64,000 nt of DNA from Bugula neritina (GCA_964035545.1 OZ037765.1:22877504-22941503); one strand, 5' to 3'; numbered from the stretch's first letter, positions 1 through 15,143 are shown. Program-made: numbers and translations. The notes: generated by a model not told the origin, from the letters alone.

Positions 1-865
1 GTATATATTGCAAATTTTCATTTGCATCTGTGAAATGTATAGTTACTATTTAAAGCATCCTGTTACATAAGGTAATACTAAATTTACTAGATTAGTAGTC
101 ATATACTATAGTTGATACATCAATGGGGCGCTGTTTAAAATATGAGCGCATAGTTCTCATAATGATAATTAATGTATATTGTAATTATTTTTTTATAGAA
201 AAGAAACTTTTGTCCGTTGACAATTTAAACTTATAATATAATTATACAACGAAATATCTTATATTACCAACTGCCAGCTAAAAAATTCTCTACAGTTGGA
301 AATTGCATTAAACTATGTTATCTGTAAATTATGGACGTGTTATAATGTTTCTGTAATTATTTTGTCAATAAAATATGCATCTTTGAGTGGCTCTATGACG
401 AATACAAACATTTTACAACATTCAGAGTTTAGGTATTACCACAGTGTACAACAAAATGTTAGGGTGTTAATATTTTCTCCACTATAGACTGCCTTATGCA
501 CGTGTTAGTACAATTACAGTCTGTTCAATGTACACCATCGCAAAGGCAGGATGAGCAAAGCTAATGGAATTGTAAGCTACATAAAAATGTTGTATAAAAT
601 AAATAAAATTATGCTATGGCAAGACTATGTGATACTCTCTAATACCTTCATCAGATGGATAAAACTCAATACAGCCTGAAAATGGAATATATAAACATGT
701 AAACAAAAATATAAGCTATGAAAATTCCTTTACAAAGCATGTTAAATGATATGCAGGCGTTAGCCACTGACACAGTTCTTCAGTAAAATTATAGAAATGT
801 CCTTTAGTAAATTAATTAGTTAAACTTTAGCATCGATGAGCAGCCATTGATACATGCTAATAGTT

Positions 866-988
866 TAACTATGCAACTACATAACTATGTGACTATGCAA
901 CTACTAACTATGTAGCTATGTAACTATGTAGCTATGTAACTATGTAACTATGTGACTATGTAACTATGTGACTGTATAACTACGTAAC
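866..988. repeat. 8-bp tandem repeat (TAACTATG/TAGCTATG/TGACTATG)n, intronic
   Basis: Direct reading: taactatg tagctatg taactatg tagctatg taactatg taactatg tgactatg... Confidence 0.85.
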
Positions 989-1022
989 AGTATCACAGCT
1001 AGCTTAGTGTAAGCTTTATTAC

Positions 1023-4000
1023 CATCTTTGATGTCTGCTTTATAGGAAAACTTCTTCGACTTTTTGTTCAGCTTCCTTTGAAATCTTGGGCTCAGTAAAC
1101 CACCTACTCAATAAAACAAAGCTCACTTGCAACAAGCCTTTAAACACAAGGTTGTGTGAGTTAAGGACTGTTCTTTTAAAAGAAAAACCTATTTTGCAGG
1201 TTTGGACAAGGTTTCAGACTGCTGTCAATCTTATCTACAAAATTGTGTTGAATTTACGCCCATGATACATAAATATCGGTTACATGAACTGCAGTTTTAT
1301 TATGTAACTTGGATAAAGACCATAACAGCAATTTATTTATTTTGAATTGATTGCATTTTGTGAAACACTCTTCGCATAGTTTTTTGCAATATATAATTGG
1401 TACACAATTTATGCTACAGACCTGCAGTTGTTGGTGTTAACTTTGAAACTGGAGGAGAGAATTTTCTTGAAAAATTAGGACTGCATGGAAAGCCTCTGGC
1501 AGCAGAGTTGTTGTATGTTTCAGTTGCCCTTCTAAAATGTAGCATACACAACAGTTATGACTCTCGATGCCTGTAGAAAGCAGAAAATTAACAGTTAATG
1601 GGGTTCACCACACTAAATGAACATGTTTGAGTTATCAAACAAACATTATAGTTACACCCTAAGCTTACCACTTTGTTGTTTGTTTTCTTTATTTCCATCA
1701 AAAAAAACAAAAGGACAAAAAAAATACAAATATACAACAGTAACACAAAAAGAGCTAAATTCAATTTATATATAATATCAATCGAAGTCAAGATGGGGGC
1801 CCATGTGCTCAGTAGCATAGCTATTCAAGGAGCGGGCCCAAGTGGCAGTTGAAAAAATAGTGGGAACTATTTATTCAGATTAAGTTAAAGATTTTAGTAG
1901 GTGCTTTTTCAACAATATTTTAAATGTGGCAAAGCTTTGATGATGTCTTAAAGTCAGAAGTAGTTTATTCCAATTGCTAGACATCTGGTAGGACACTTGA
2001 CGATGACCTGCTGCGGAGGTAGAGAGAGGTAAGGGTAAGGAAAGTTCAGAATGTCTTTTATTGCAAACACTTAGATTATTTCTAGAACTGTAAATAGATA
2101 TTTCAGCTTCTTGAACTAAAGCTCAAAAAGCTAAATGCTAAATTAATTCAATTTTCAAGTACATATAATAACAGCACAATTTTCCAATCAACACTGCTGA
2201 TACACATATAGTTTAAATGCTACCTGGTTTGCAGAGACCGACTGGGAATCAACCCTATTTTGTTGGTGTGATCATGATGGAGTTTAGCTTGCCACCATAT
2301 TGGATCATCTGTATTCACTATTTCCAAAATGTCACCAGCTTTAAATGACAACCCAGCATCTTTGCATGGAATAAGCAAATCAGTCGTAGGATCATAAGAG
2401 AAGTATGCTTTAATTTTTACCTAGAATTATAAAATACATAAAATATAATTGGTGCAGTGCTTGCTTAGATCATAATTCAGAAATACAATTTGTAATTATA
2501 CTCAAAAAGTGAGATACTACAAACTATTGCATAGTAGAAGACATTGACTCTTTGTATTTTGTATTTATTGTTTTGTTTTAAAACAATAGCACTAGTTTGA
2601 GATGTTAAATTGTGCCTTATTACATAACGGACCTGGAAGATGTTATATTATTAGCAGAGATATTTGAAAGTAGATCCCACCACAGAACACAAAGTAGAAG
2701 TTTCAAATAATAAAAAAACGAAACAATGGCATTTAAATAATTCAACTTTATTGTCGCACTTATACTTTATTTAGGAACTTAATCAGTTCAACTTCTCTTA
2801 AAGCGTATCACATATAAAACTTAAGTATAGTTTTAAAAAGTGCACAGGGCATATGAGAAAAAATAAGGATTAGATACTTTATTGTGGGATAAAATAATGA
2901 GTGAATTTTAGACTACTTGTATCTCCATATATTTATGCTCGTTAGCAATCTATAAAGCCAGTCAGTCAATTTAAACATCGCGCCATGCTCACAGATCCTA
3001 TGAAAACTGACAAGTGGACAGCTTACCTTAGAGTTTGGGATCTCATCATCTGCCAAAGCAGGCACCAATTTTAAGCTAATTGCTCCATCGCAGCTGTTCT
3101 GATAATTGAAATTAAAAGTGGTCATAGTACATTCTATTAATTGTCAACTAATGGCAATGTCTACTAATGATAGTAACATAGTGGTTACTTTTTATTGCTC
3201 AGTATGCTTCATATGCTATGCAGCATGTTGGCAATAATTTCGTAAATTATAGAATTGCTATTGCTGCAGTATTTCTACAATTCTACTTCTCCACTCCGTA
3301 TTATTCTACCTTCCACCACTCCACTGTTCATAGAAAAATAATTTAACAAAACAATTCTCCAGCAATAAAGTCAGCTCCTGCATATTACTTGTTAATTTCT
3401 CAAAGTGACAGTACCACTAATCTGTTCTAAGCTTAGCTTCCTACAGTACATGTAAACAACTTAGGCCTAGTTGTTAACCTATACCTACTAAAGGTTAACA
3501 ACTAGGCCTGGTCAATATTGACATGATAGTGGATATAGAAAAGGGTAAACAATGTGGCATCTCAAGCAGGAGATTAATTATTTTTAAACTTATGGAAATA
3601 GAAACTGATAGAAACCTTTTAAAAAGTCATAAAATGTATACAGCAGTTACCAAATCAGAAACCCTACAAAATATGCCAGTAACCATATAATTGTTAGATT
3701 CTAATAATGTGTTGAGTGAACAGAGCACTACAGAGCACAGTATGCTTAACCTTCTTCACTTCTTATTCACGATGCTAACATCAACTTGAATATATGAAAT
3801 GCAAATTAGTAAGAAAAAATTGAGCTCTTACCAAAATTTGAACAACCTGTTCTATATTTCTTCCTTTAACTGGAATTCCATTTACCTCATGAATTTCATC
3901 TCCATTTCTAATCAAACCTAAAAAGAAGTAGGACTTTTTTAAAATTTTATTTGATTTTAATTATGTTGCAAAAATCAGCTTTAACTGTATTTTAAACACA

Positions 4001-7000
4001 AATGCATAGAGTAAGATACATAGAAGTAATTTATAATATTGTCTATACAAGCATAGGTTGAACAAAGTATTTGACTTAATAATATAATACGCACTAATTG
4101 CAGAAAATACTATTATAGATCTTTTTAGTAATATAGCAAAAACTGTGTTATAAATAAATTGCAGTTACACTTCTATAAAAAATTATGTTAGTTATCCATT
4201 TAAAAGTGTATATTAATGTATATATGTTTCTTGTGCAAATAGATTGATGAAATAAAGGTAGATTGCAAGTAAAACTAGACTAATTAATTGTTAGGCATAT
4301 AACATAAAAATATAACTGTGTGCTGCTGTTTCCAATAGCTATATTTTATTTTGTAATAACTTTGCTGGTATTAATAGTTTATGAAATTATATATATATAA
4401 ATTGGCCACTAATGTAGAACCTATTCAATTTCAGAATTATATCTTTAGTTTTTTAGGTCTACATAAACAAAAACTTTTCTATGGTACTAGATAATATAAA
4501 CTAATCACACTTTTCTTTCTCAATTTTCTACTGAAAAACTTAAGGAAGGTAAATTTTAATGAAATATTATATTACAGGTTAAAAAGTTTTATTAAATGCA
4601 TTTATGTATCAGCATGAACAGTATTTAATAACATTCAACAGGTAAAACATTTTCAATGATAGGTATTTAACACATATAAATAATAAAATTAAACAACAAG
4701 TCATTTTGAAGCGAGTGTCCAAATGTTATATGTCTAAACATAAAATATATTTCTTTAGAATAAAAGCTGCACATGAGTATGCATAATATAGATGCTTTTA
4801 GAAAAGGTTGAATACTAAAGCTTACATACCACTACGTTCTGCTGGCCCACCAACAAACACCCGAGCCACGCATATGACACCATCTGTCTCTCTGTTTTTA
4901 ATTGTGACCCCCTGCAACACATAATAAATGGCAAGCAGAGTTAAGTTTCATTAATAAAAAGGGTAAAATTTTTAACAATTAGCATGTGGTTAAATTCACT
5001 AACAGAGAGATTACAACTTCAGTTTTAATTGACATTTTATCTACTGTTATATCAATATGCAATACACAAAAGTAATTTAGTATTTTAGCCAATCGAAAAC
5101 ATCAGCAGCTATGATAATTTGATAAACTATCACATTTAGTAAAATCTATTTCTCAACTAAAGGTTTCAACCAACACCCAAAACTAGCCTGAACTTACTTA
5201 GCATAGAGCTCCTAGTATTACATAAAATAAAAATTGTGATATATATAGGACCAAGCATTTCATAAGATGCATTATGCTAGCATAAACATTTTCTTCATAA
5301 AAACCTTTTATCCTCCTCTAGTGTGAAGCTCAGTGATTTTCACATAAATTTTTTGAGCTAAATGAGAAAATCTCAAATTTTCCAGTGACACAAAAGCTAC
5401 TAACATCAGAACACCTTGAAAACTGTCCAGAATTTTACGAAATTAGTGTAACAATTCCTAGCAAAAGTGCAAGTACTAGAGTAGCAATAGTGTTCTACAA
5501 TTAAGTTAGAGAAGACAACTCTCAAAACACGAAGTATTGTAATGATTTTTCTACATTCAAGACAAAACGGTAGTTTATTTTTCATTTAAGAAGTTTGCAG
5601 TATGAATAGCATAAACAAAGAAAAACTTCACTCATACCAGCGGTTCGTTATGCTTGAGTAACCTGACCAGCTTTATAGCTCTATCCTCATCATCACACTG
5701 GGACAGAATGTCTGGCAATACGGGCAGATATTCTTTGTTTGCTACTCTATCATGGACATCAAATATAGCCTTAAATAAACAAAACTAACATCAATATATT
5801 AACGTAGTAGTTACTGTTCTACAGCAAAAGCAACAAACAAGTTTATGTTCTCCGATTTATTACAATGCATGAGCACTATTAAACTAATTGATTTTTAAAA
5901 CTAATAATCACAAGTATGTAAGAAATCAATTGTTGACAGCCTGCCTTTAGTTGACATGTGGTAACTTTCCATTGTTAATTAAAAGCTCTAACTTGAAAGT
6001 CACACTTTACTGCTGGAAGATAATCGATATTCAAGCTGACTTCTAGTGGCATAGAACAAATACTGACCATAGGTCTGCATCTCTAGCCTACACACAAACA
6101 ACTTAATTACTGCAAAAAATTGGCAAATTACTTGATTAAAAGCTTGTTGAATGCTTACTCATAGAAAACTGTAACAACCACGCCAGCTGTCTAATTATGT
6201 TACTCACTAATAATGGATGTATGATACTAGATAAACTTGCCAGCACACGGCACACTCTAATAAAAGACCAATCAAGTGCCAGTTTTCAAAAAACTGAACA
6301 AAACATACATGATTGAAAAACTAAATTTTCAAAGACAAAATGGCACATGTGAGTAATTAGAAAATTTTGTTAGGAAATTCAGATTCATCACATTTCTGTC
6401 TGACGTACAATTAATGAATGATGTAATAGTCACACATTTCTTACCCTCACATGAGGCTGTGATAAGATATATAACAGCTCCTTGGCTTCTTCAGCTAAGA
6501 AAAATCTGTTTCGGAACTGTTCATAGATCTGAGAAAATATTAAATGCACCGAAATACTGTGTAATCATATTCCAATAAATTTTCATCAGCAAATGAACCA
6601 CTGAGTTAAAGTTAAAGTTTCACTTTCATTAGTATTTCTAAGAAGAATAGCAACTCAATACATAGTATCACTAACATGCATTATATGTACAATATTATGT
6701 ATAAAAACCATAATCTAGACAAGAACCCAGTGCAAGTAAAAGTATTCCACATTCACAAAGGGCATGCATTGTTTTTGCTAATTGTTTGAGAGTTTACTGT
6801 ATCAGGTTTATTAAATATTACTAGGTAGGTGGGTATGTGGAGATACTGTCTCTGCATCAAAGTCATTAATAGTAGTAGCTCTATCTGGTTTCAAAAAAAG
6901 ATTATGCAGAATTTGAATGACTTTAGAGTTAAGATTTAGGTCGCTTGTTCAAAACAACTGTTGATGGAATATATGCTAACCAACTCTCTCCCCCTTTTGT

Positions 7001-8260
7001 GTGAGGCCCAGAGCCCAGTTTTGCATATCCGTGTCATTAATGATGTTGAGGAAAGTAAAATCAAAACCCACCCTTTTTTAAGCTTCTCTTAGCTATTAAT
7101 AAACAAAGTACACAACTTTTTCTTTTAAGAATGGCAAATAAAGACTGGAGATCATATCTGTAATACCTATACACAAATATAGTCTGTTTCAGCTCTAATA
7201 ATAGTTGAACAACTTAGTCAACTGTAATTAGAAACTAGTTACCTGATCAATAAGAATTAGTTAGCTGTACAGCTGTAAGTAGGTAGTACAACTATGAACT
7301 TTGCTTGCTGTTAGCATGACTGAAGTTAAAATCTGTATTATGAATAGCAGCATTTTAATTTATTAGATTGTTTAGTAATTATAATGCACTGGCATTTATT
7401 TCAATATGTCAGCAATTTACAGCAAGACTCTGGAATACTATTTCTGTTCCAACTATATTTTTTGTTTTGGAATAAAAATTAATAAAAGTGAAATGCAAAT
7501 ATCTACACATTAAAACGTCTCATAATAGTTGAACTTGTTATTTGTTTCATTTATCATCTTCTATAACATAATGTTGTAGAACTGGTATGGGTTTATGTAG
7601 GAAAGCAGGAAGGAAACAATGGTGGGAGTGGTGGTAGGGCTGTTTTGAAATAGCCGTAGCCAATGAGAATGTAGGAGCTGTAGAACAACAGAAATTATAT
7701 AATATAAAATTCCTGCTGCTACTTTAAAAGCTACAAGATTTTCTCATTGTCTAAACTTGGTGAACAAATTATTGATAGCATTGATTTGCATCGTAAATAA
7801 CAAGCCAATCAAAATAGTGGTCTAAAAGAGTTTACAGGGGATGTAAAATGTTCAGTAGAAACATAATTTTTCAAATGTATGCATTTTAAATATTGCATGT
7901 AATATTTCTAGAAAGAATAAAAAGCAAGTAACATATAAGCTAAAGTTTTATTTAATCAAGTAACTGAATGTTTCATGCAGACTTTTATATTAAAATATTA
8001 CACGCAAACTATAAAAAGGTTAAGAATTACAAGCAATAGCTTATAAAGGTACGTGTATATTAGTTATGGTACCATTACTCAAACAGTATATATGGGATAC
8101 TTACTTCACCCGCTAGATCATATGAGTGGTCTAATACTGGAATATGACCTGCTCGCTTTAGGTTTTTGATTTTGTGGTTTATCATAGACTCTGTCACGCC
8201 ATGCTCTCTTGAAATCCCATTATTTATGTCCATTCTGTTTGAACAACTTATATATTTCAT
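1023..8260 (-). CDS. MPP7: MAGUK p55 subfamily member, MPP7-like (L27-PDZ-SH3-HOOK; GuK domain lies beyond the left edge); multi-exon, partial
   Basis: Approximate spliced minus-strand exons: 8105-8260 (..HIPVLDHSYDLAGE); 6445-6528 (IYEQFRNRFFLAEEAKELLYILSQPHVR, L27); 5638-5769 (AIFDVHDRVANKEYLPVLPDILSQCDDEDRAIKLVRLLKHNEPL); 4829-4912 (GVTIKNRETDGVICVARVFVGGPAERSG, PDZ); 3832-3917 (GLIRNGDEIHEVNGIPVKG); 3027-3098; 2224-2420 (KAYFSYDPTTDLLIPCKDAGLSFKAGDILEIVNTDDPIWWQA...GLIPS, SH3); 1422-1531; 1023-1103. The L27-PDZ junction resembles MPP7. The start codon is uncertain. Confidence 0.85.
3463..3509. repeat. Perfect 18-bp inverted repeat (hairpin) in an MPP7 intron
   Basis: aggcctagttgttaacct - 11 nt loop - aggttaacaactaggcct. 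Confidence 0.85.
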
Positions 8261-9986
8261 GATGAAAATTCAGACAGTTTTACTAAAGAGGCTTTTTGAG
8301 CGAAGATTGCTGTTGCAATATGTTTTGGCATCGCGAGTTTGACCTACTGAAAGGAAACACTGTTTGAGAGTTTAGCTCCATATTCTTTGTATACATGTAA
8401 TTGCTAGCAAACCTAACATATTGCAATAAACTTTGAAAGCATTTAAGATGATGAAACATGACAACAAACTATATTGTATACAACACAATAATATAATAGA
8501 GAACTTTTGTTATACAGCAGGTAACTAATTTTATATTGTATATAGAATAATTACCTTGAAGTTTGAACTAAACCTCAGCCTGGAAATCTTGTTAGCTAAT
8601 TTGAAATGATTAAGCAGATTCTCTGCAAGCTGTTACTTTCTTGTGGGCGCACATGCAGTGTATATTTTCGCCAATAGAGCATTCAACTGAGATACAGCTT
8701 CATTGGCAATGCAATTAGACCACTAATAATATAACCTATCAGCTGATGATTGGCTGTTGGTTTGTTTCAGCAAATAGCCCTTGTAAGTAACTTACTACAA
8801 AGGAACTGGTCCTTTCAATACTTGACATGTGGAGTTCAAACTATTATATAAGGGTTAGATCCATTTGAATTTTTATTACATGCAGTCTGTGTTATGTGAG
8901 ATAAAAAGATTTGTGGCACGGTCTACCATATACCAAACTTATTTAACTTGTATGTTAATGGTCTACCATATATTGAAACTATCATTTAACTTTTATATTA
9001 ATGAGATTACACTAGATCACTAAATGTCCTACTTATTTCAGGTTATTAGATAAATATAGTTTGGGAATGAATGAGCTTTACTATCTTAACTGAAAGTTGT
9101 TAGATGGTGAGGCTAACTACATTTAAAACATATAATTAAATAATATTTATTACAACCTGACAAATTGTTAAACCAACTTTTGCCTATTAGTAGGCTGCAT
9201 GCTCTGCAAACATGCTCAAATGGCTTCCCAAAAATCACTAATAACCCTGGCTATATATTTAAGGTCATGGCCTAGAGCATGTGCGTCATGCTATAAGCCA
9301 GCATTCTAAAATCTAACATCTGAGCCATAACAGTTTATTAAAATAATATTATATTACAATTTATAATGGGATTACCTATTTTAGAACGTTAAATTGTTTT
9401 ATAAAAAAATTACCGTACAATTATATACGTTAAGTATAAAAGCTAAAACAGATAAATACTAATAATCTTACAATTATAAAACACCGCTTTATATTATCTT
9501 AAACCACACACGAGTTCACGCACTTGAGAATTAGCTTACCGGTGTGAAAACATTTGTGGTATGGTCTGCTATAAACCAAAACTATCAATTAACTTTTATA
9601 TTTAATACTTATAGGATAAGAGCCTGAATGACAAACTTTTGATCATAATAATATAACAATATAATAATAATTTCAATATTATTAATGTATTAATAATATA
9701 ATAATATATTGTTTTACTTCGAGTTTCACAGAACATAAATTACTAAAAGTTGAGTTGTCTGCCCTCCATGAAGTGAGTCCTGCGACATTGTTAATTTCGT
9801 AACACTGAGCTGTAATAATTATTGAGTTCATTGTTTCGTAAGAAAAAGCATAGCCCATAGATTTTGTGATTAGCGTTACAAAATTTTTAACTATATGATA
9901 TAATTGAATGTGGTCAAACCACGGGTATCGTGAAGTACGTAGTTTACAAGCTAAACACAATACCGTTGCTTTCATAAGCTGCAAGC

Positions 9987-12900
9987 ATGGCCGCCGTAAC
10001 AAAATTCACATCAACTTGTGCAGGTATGAAATATTTAATATAAAATTTAGCATTCCGAGTCACCAGTCAAGACTCAGCTTTACAAATCAAAGCTAGTGAT
10101 GCATGGCAATGTATTTTTCTGTGTAATTTCACAATAATAATTTGCTCATACTCATAGTCATACTGATCGTGATACTGATACTCACTTACACTTACAGTTA
10201 CTGACTGCTGTCGAGTCTGTCATACTCATAGTCATACTGATAGTCATAGTGTCATACTCAATGACACTAACAGTAACTGTAAGTGTAACTCACACTTGCT
10301 CAGTTTCAATTTGAATTTCATACTCATACTAATAGACGATCATGATAGTGATCATGATACTCAATCTCGGTTTGTGTCACTCACACTGACACTGTGACTG
10401 TCAGACTCAAAGTCAAAGTCAGTGTCGCAGTCAGTGTCACACTCACACTGATACTTTTACTGATGACTGATGAGATACTCGTACTGATCCATTATAATTA
10501 ATGTAAATGATACTCGTACATTTACACTTATGACTCGCCTTTGGCTTTCACGACTCTTACAGTTACTCTTACTCTTAGTTTTAATCTTGCATTTACAGTT
10601 AGTGTTACACTAAACTTGCAGTTAAACTTAGTGTTACTATGACTATCAGAGTATCACTATGAGTATCAGTATGGCTATTAATGGTTAGTCATAGTGTTAC
10701 CAATCATGAATCAATTGATATTTTAATTTTTGAATTTTTCACATTCTGATTCCGATTCAGCTTGATTGGTTATAATTGTAATTATGGTTATGCTTAATGT
10801 TGTGATTAAGTTTATTACTACAGCATGAATTATTTATTACTTATCTGTTATGTAAATGCCTATAGGAATGGTGTGATACTGATAAAAACTGATAGTCATC
10901 CTAAAGTGGCAAATTCAAGTCAAAGAACTAAAAGTAGAAATGTATGGCCACAGTTTTACATTGATATAGTCACAGTCATACGGAACTACAGGCACAGCTC
11001 ATTTAATCTTATTATAAAGGCAATCTGCCAATATGTTGAAATTTAGTTCTGCTAAGATATTCTGATACTACTATCACTAATAATAATATGCTAGTAAAGT
11101 AGTATGTCATGCAGGAAATTTTATAATACAGTAACTATTATTTGCATCAGACTTCATGCAGTTACTACTTTACATTACTTGGTTGACAAAGTCTGGTGGA
11201 GTCAAGCTCAATTGCATAGTCACAATAATTATGAAATCATTAAAGTTATAGTATCAGTATGGATTGAAGTAATAACAGCCGTCACTATACTGGCCCATCA
11301 TACAATTGAAATTGTTCGTTTTGCTGAGTTATGATTGTAATCAATGGTAATATTTTAGGTTGCAAAAGTTTAATCAAGTCAACCAGTTTTTCACATCTAG
11401 CTAAACTCATCAAGGTTAGTATGCACAGCTTTTCTTATAATTTGATTTTTTTACAAATTTTGTAATCGATGATTCAACTGTTTTTAGTAGCGCTTGGATT
11501 TGCATACATTTATGCTCGTGGTGTATCTAAAATCTAGCTAGGTTCAGGTTCAATGCACATTCAGATTTTTCGTTTAGAGTACCGGCATTAGAGGCATCCA
11601 TTCAACTACGTTCCTTAGTGCACCTCCACCTAAACCAGGAGCAAAGAAGGCATTTGTTAGAGACAAGCCTTACCTGAACGTTGGCACTATAGGCCATGTG
11701 GACCATGGAAAAACATCTCTCACTGCTGCCATAACCAAAGGTAATGTGTGATACTAGGTAATGTTAGAGTCTAGCAATACTAGTTATGTAAAAAGACTAT
11801 ATTGAATGATGTATAAAATGTTTCATTGCATTCTTATTGTAGTTTTGGCAACAGAGAAGGGTGCCCAATATAAAAAATATGAAGAAATAGACAATGCACC
11901 CGAGGAGAAAGCTAGAGGTATCACAATCAACACAGCACATGTTAGTTACTCTACAGCAGATCGCCATTATGGACATGTTGATTGTCCTGGCCATGCAGAT
12001 TATATAAAGAACATGATAACAGGAGCTGCACAGATGGAGGGCGCCATACTAGTAGTAGCAGCTACAGATGGAGCCATGCCCCAGACTAAGGAGCACATGC
12101 TACTAGCAAAACAAGTATCTTATTAACAAGTTATCAAAACATCAAAACAAGTTATCTTATTAACATATTTTCCTAACTGACAGCATTTCCAATGCATAAA
12201 AATTGTAAAAATATATTTGAATTTTTAGAGTGAGTCTATAAACTCGTTGATAGACTTCATTGTAGTAATGACAATTTTGCTTCCATTCAGATTGGTATAG
12301 AAAAGATGGTGGTATTTATTAACAAATGTGATGTGGCCGAGGAAGATGTGATAGAACTAGTAGAGATGGAGATCAGAGAGATGCTATCACAATATGGGTT
12401 TGATGGCGAGGAATGCCCAGTTATTAAAGGATCGGCTCTGGCTGCTCTGGAGGTATAGTATATTTCTGTGTATTCCTTGTGTGTATATTTGTAATATAAT
12501 GACTTTGATAGTTTGTAGTTACATTACAATGTTTTCATGTAATTTCTGCATGCACGGAGTGCTTTTGAATTTCAATCATATAACATTAATCGTTAGTTGT
12601 AACATGTTTCTTCTAATTATTTTAAAAATTTGTGCTGAATAGTATCTGAAAACAGTCTTAGAGTGGATACCCTGATTTACTTGAGTATTTGGCAATCTAC
12701 AACTATTCACAGTCAATTTAATAAGCTGAAACCGCCGAAATGACTCTGGTCTGTCAAATATGTAGTGAATTATGTAATGCCAGGACAAGGATGAGAAACT
12801 TGGCAAAGAAGCTGTAAAGGAGCTGCTAGCTGCCATGGATTCCTATATCCCCCAACCGCCACGCGATTTGGACAAACCTTTTTATATGGCGATTGAGGGC

Positions 12901-15143
12901 ACCTTTTCAATACAAGGTAGCTCATGATCAATAAACCGTACTAAATGTGTTAGGAACTCTTTGATTTATTCAACTGATTTATTTAATTTATTTTCCATTG
13001 AGTTGAAACTACTTTCACTGTATTATCACATACTGAATCTGTATGCTATCTTCTTTGCAGGATTGTTTTGGGTTGTCATTCAAAAGGCAGGTCCTGTTGT
13101 AATTTTTTTTGCCTAATGCCCAGTTCACACTTTATTTCAAAGTCAGTTGTCATCACGATGAACACTCACTTTTTGCTGTAGCGTGAACTGGGCATAAACA
13201 CTGTTTATTATGTCCCATTGACAGAGTGTACATCTTATCACTTCTGACCTGTTGGAAGATATGACCTTAATTTATTGCCTGACCTTTGCAAACGAATACA
13301 ATTAATTGAAACCAGCAATTAGGAAGATAAAGTATAATTTATGGTTAACTGGTGAATGAATTATATAACAACATACAAATATAATAGTTTATTATTATTT
13401 CCTGATTTTGGATAATTAAATATTATTTTGCTAGTAATATAAAAATAAAAATTGCTTATTTGATGTAAAGAGGATAATATGCAGCTACACAGCCTGAAGC
13501 TCAATGTATGTTGGTATATAAACTGAAGAAATTATAATTATACGAAGCCATAGATTATATTGACGTATTGAAGTTACATGGTGTGTAATATATGGTTTCA
13601 AATTGTATGGTACATTCTATGGTATTGTATACTAAGTCGTTACTTTGTATGCAAAAACATATTTTTAGTCAATGCAGTTTTAAGTTAGTGGCCATCTTTA
13701 AATTTGAACATTTGACAAGCATTTACCATACAAAATTGTTTAATGATATAATACTGGTGCTTGCTAGATCCAACTATGTTTTGTTATGCTTGGAATATTA
13801 AGTTTTTCTCTCAATAATAAACCTTCTTAAAAGTGTGATGGCTGGTTTTTTTGGTGATATAACTTGACATGTATGCATTGCAGGTAGAGGGACGGTGGTC
13901 TCTGGAAAGATGCAGCGTGGTGTGCTCAAGGCAGGAGACAAGTGTTCCATAATGGGTCATAATCAGCATCTGGACACTGTAGTCACAGGTGCTGTTCATC
14001 TTTGGTTTTCAAAAGATACATATGTTGTGAATTGTTAGAAATAATATACCTTGGCTATTGCTCATTCATTAAATAATATGTGTAGTCTTGTAAATACTAT
14101 TCTTTGAAGTAACAGTGTAGTGGGTGAGTAATTTGCAGGCTTCTAAGTATGTACTAAATATATATTCTAGCTTGCAATGATGTACTAGTATAATGCAATG
14201 CTTTCTTCCTTTGCTAATCTACTGATCATTTGTAACTAGGAGTGGAAATGTTCAAACAAACTCTGGACAAAGCAGAAGCAGGTGACAACTGTGGATGTCT
14301 CTTGAAGGGATTGAAAAGAGATGATATTAGGCGAGGGCAGGTTTTGTGCAAACCAGGCACCGCTACGATGACTAATCAAGTCGAGGCGCAGGTATAATAG
14401 TCTGCTTACAGTAAAACGCTGTGGATCTTTTCCAGTGTAGATGGACTGTTAAAAGCATTTGCTTAGAATGTCAGTAAATGTAGCTAATTAAATTCGTTGG
14501 TCTAAGAACACTTGCACAGTCATCACTAGGCAGACAAATTGTAATAATTCATGTTCATATTAAGGTTACAGCTGGATACTAGCAAAGCTGATGGTGAATT
14601 TGTGAGAATTATTTAGTCAGGTTGGTAAAAAGTAGCCTAAATTCTGTTGTGTTGTTAGGTGTACATTCTGTCTACTGAAGAAGGTGGGAGAGACCGACCC
14701 ATTATGACCAACTATCAGCCACAAATGTTTTGCCAAACCTGGGACTACCCTGCCTACTTACTACTCAAGGATCGGGAAATGATTATGCCTGGAGAGGATG
14801 CTACTATAAATGTTGCCATCAAAACAAAAATGGTATGTATTCTTGCTCTTTAGTGACAGTTGCCTCTTGTGTAAAGAGCTGGCCTTGAATTTGTTGTGAG
14901 TATTGAAGTATGTTCTATAGTGCAACTACAGTATAGTTTTGGGATTAACTCTTGATTTGTTCTTTGCTGTTGAAGGTTGTGGAGAAAGGGCTGAGGTTTA
15001 CTCTTCGAGATGGAAGCAAGACGATTGGTTATGGAGTCATTTCAGATCTGCTAGAGGATATGGACATGGAAGCTTTTGAGGCCCAAAAGAAGGCTGCCAA
15101 GAAGGCAGCTGCTAAGGCTAAAGAAGCTGAAACTTATGCATAA
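9987..15143 (+). CDS. TUFM: Mitochondrial elongation factor Tu, 10 coding exons
   Basis: Exons 9987-10023 ([12 protein letters not shown]), 11359-11414, 11578-11740 ([13 protein letters not shown]), 11842-12114 ([25 protein letters not shown]), 12291-12452 (NKCD), 12784-12916, 13884-13988 (GRGTVVSG), 14240-14391 (EMFK..EAGDN), 14659-14832, 14976-15143. Phases are consistent, and the N-terminus resembles a transit peptide. Confidence 0.96.
10140..11340. repeat. Degenerate period-6 low-complexity tract (A[CG]T-NNN)n inside TUFM intron 1; strongest at 10140-10700
   Basis: actcat agtcat actgat cgtgat actgat actcac ... agtatc actatg agtatc agtatg; lies between the donor at 10024 and the acceptor at 11358. 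Confidence 0.8.
13117..13194. mobile_element. Tiny PIF/Harbinger-like MITE in a TUFM intron
   Basis: TIRs TGCCCAGTTCAC ... GTGAACTGGGCA, flanked by a 3-bp TAA target-site duplication (13114-13116 and 13195-13197). Confidence 0.75.
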
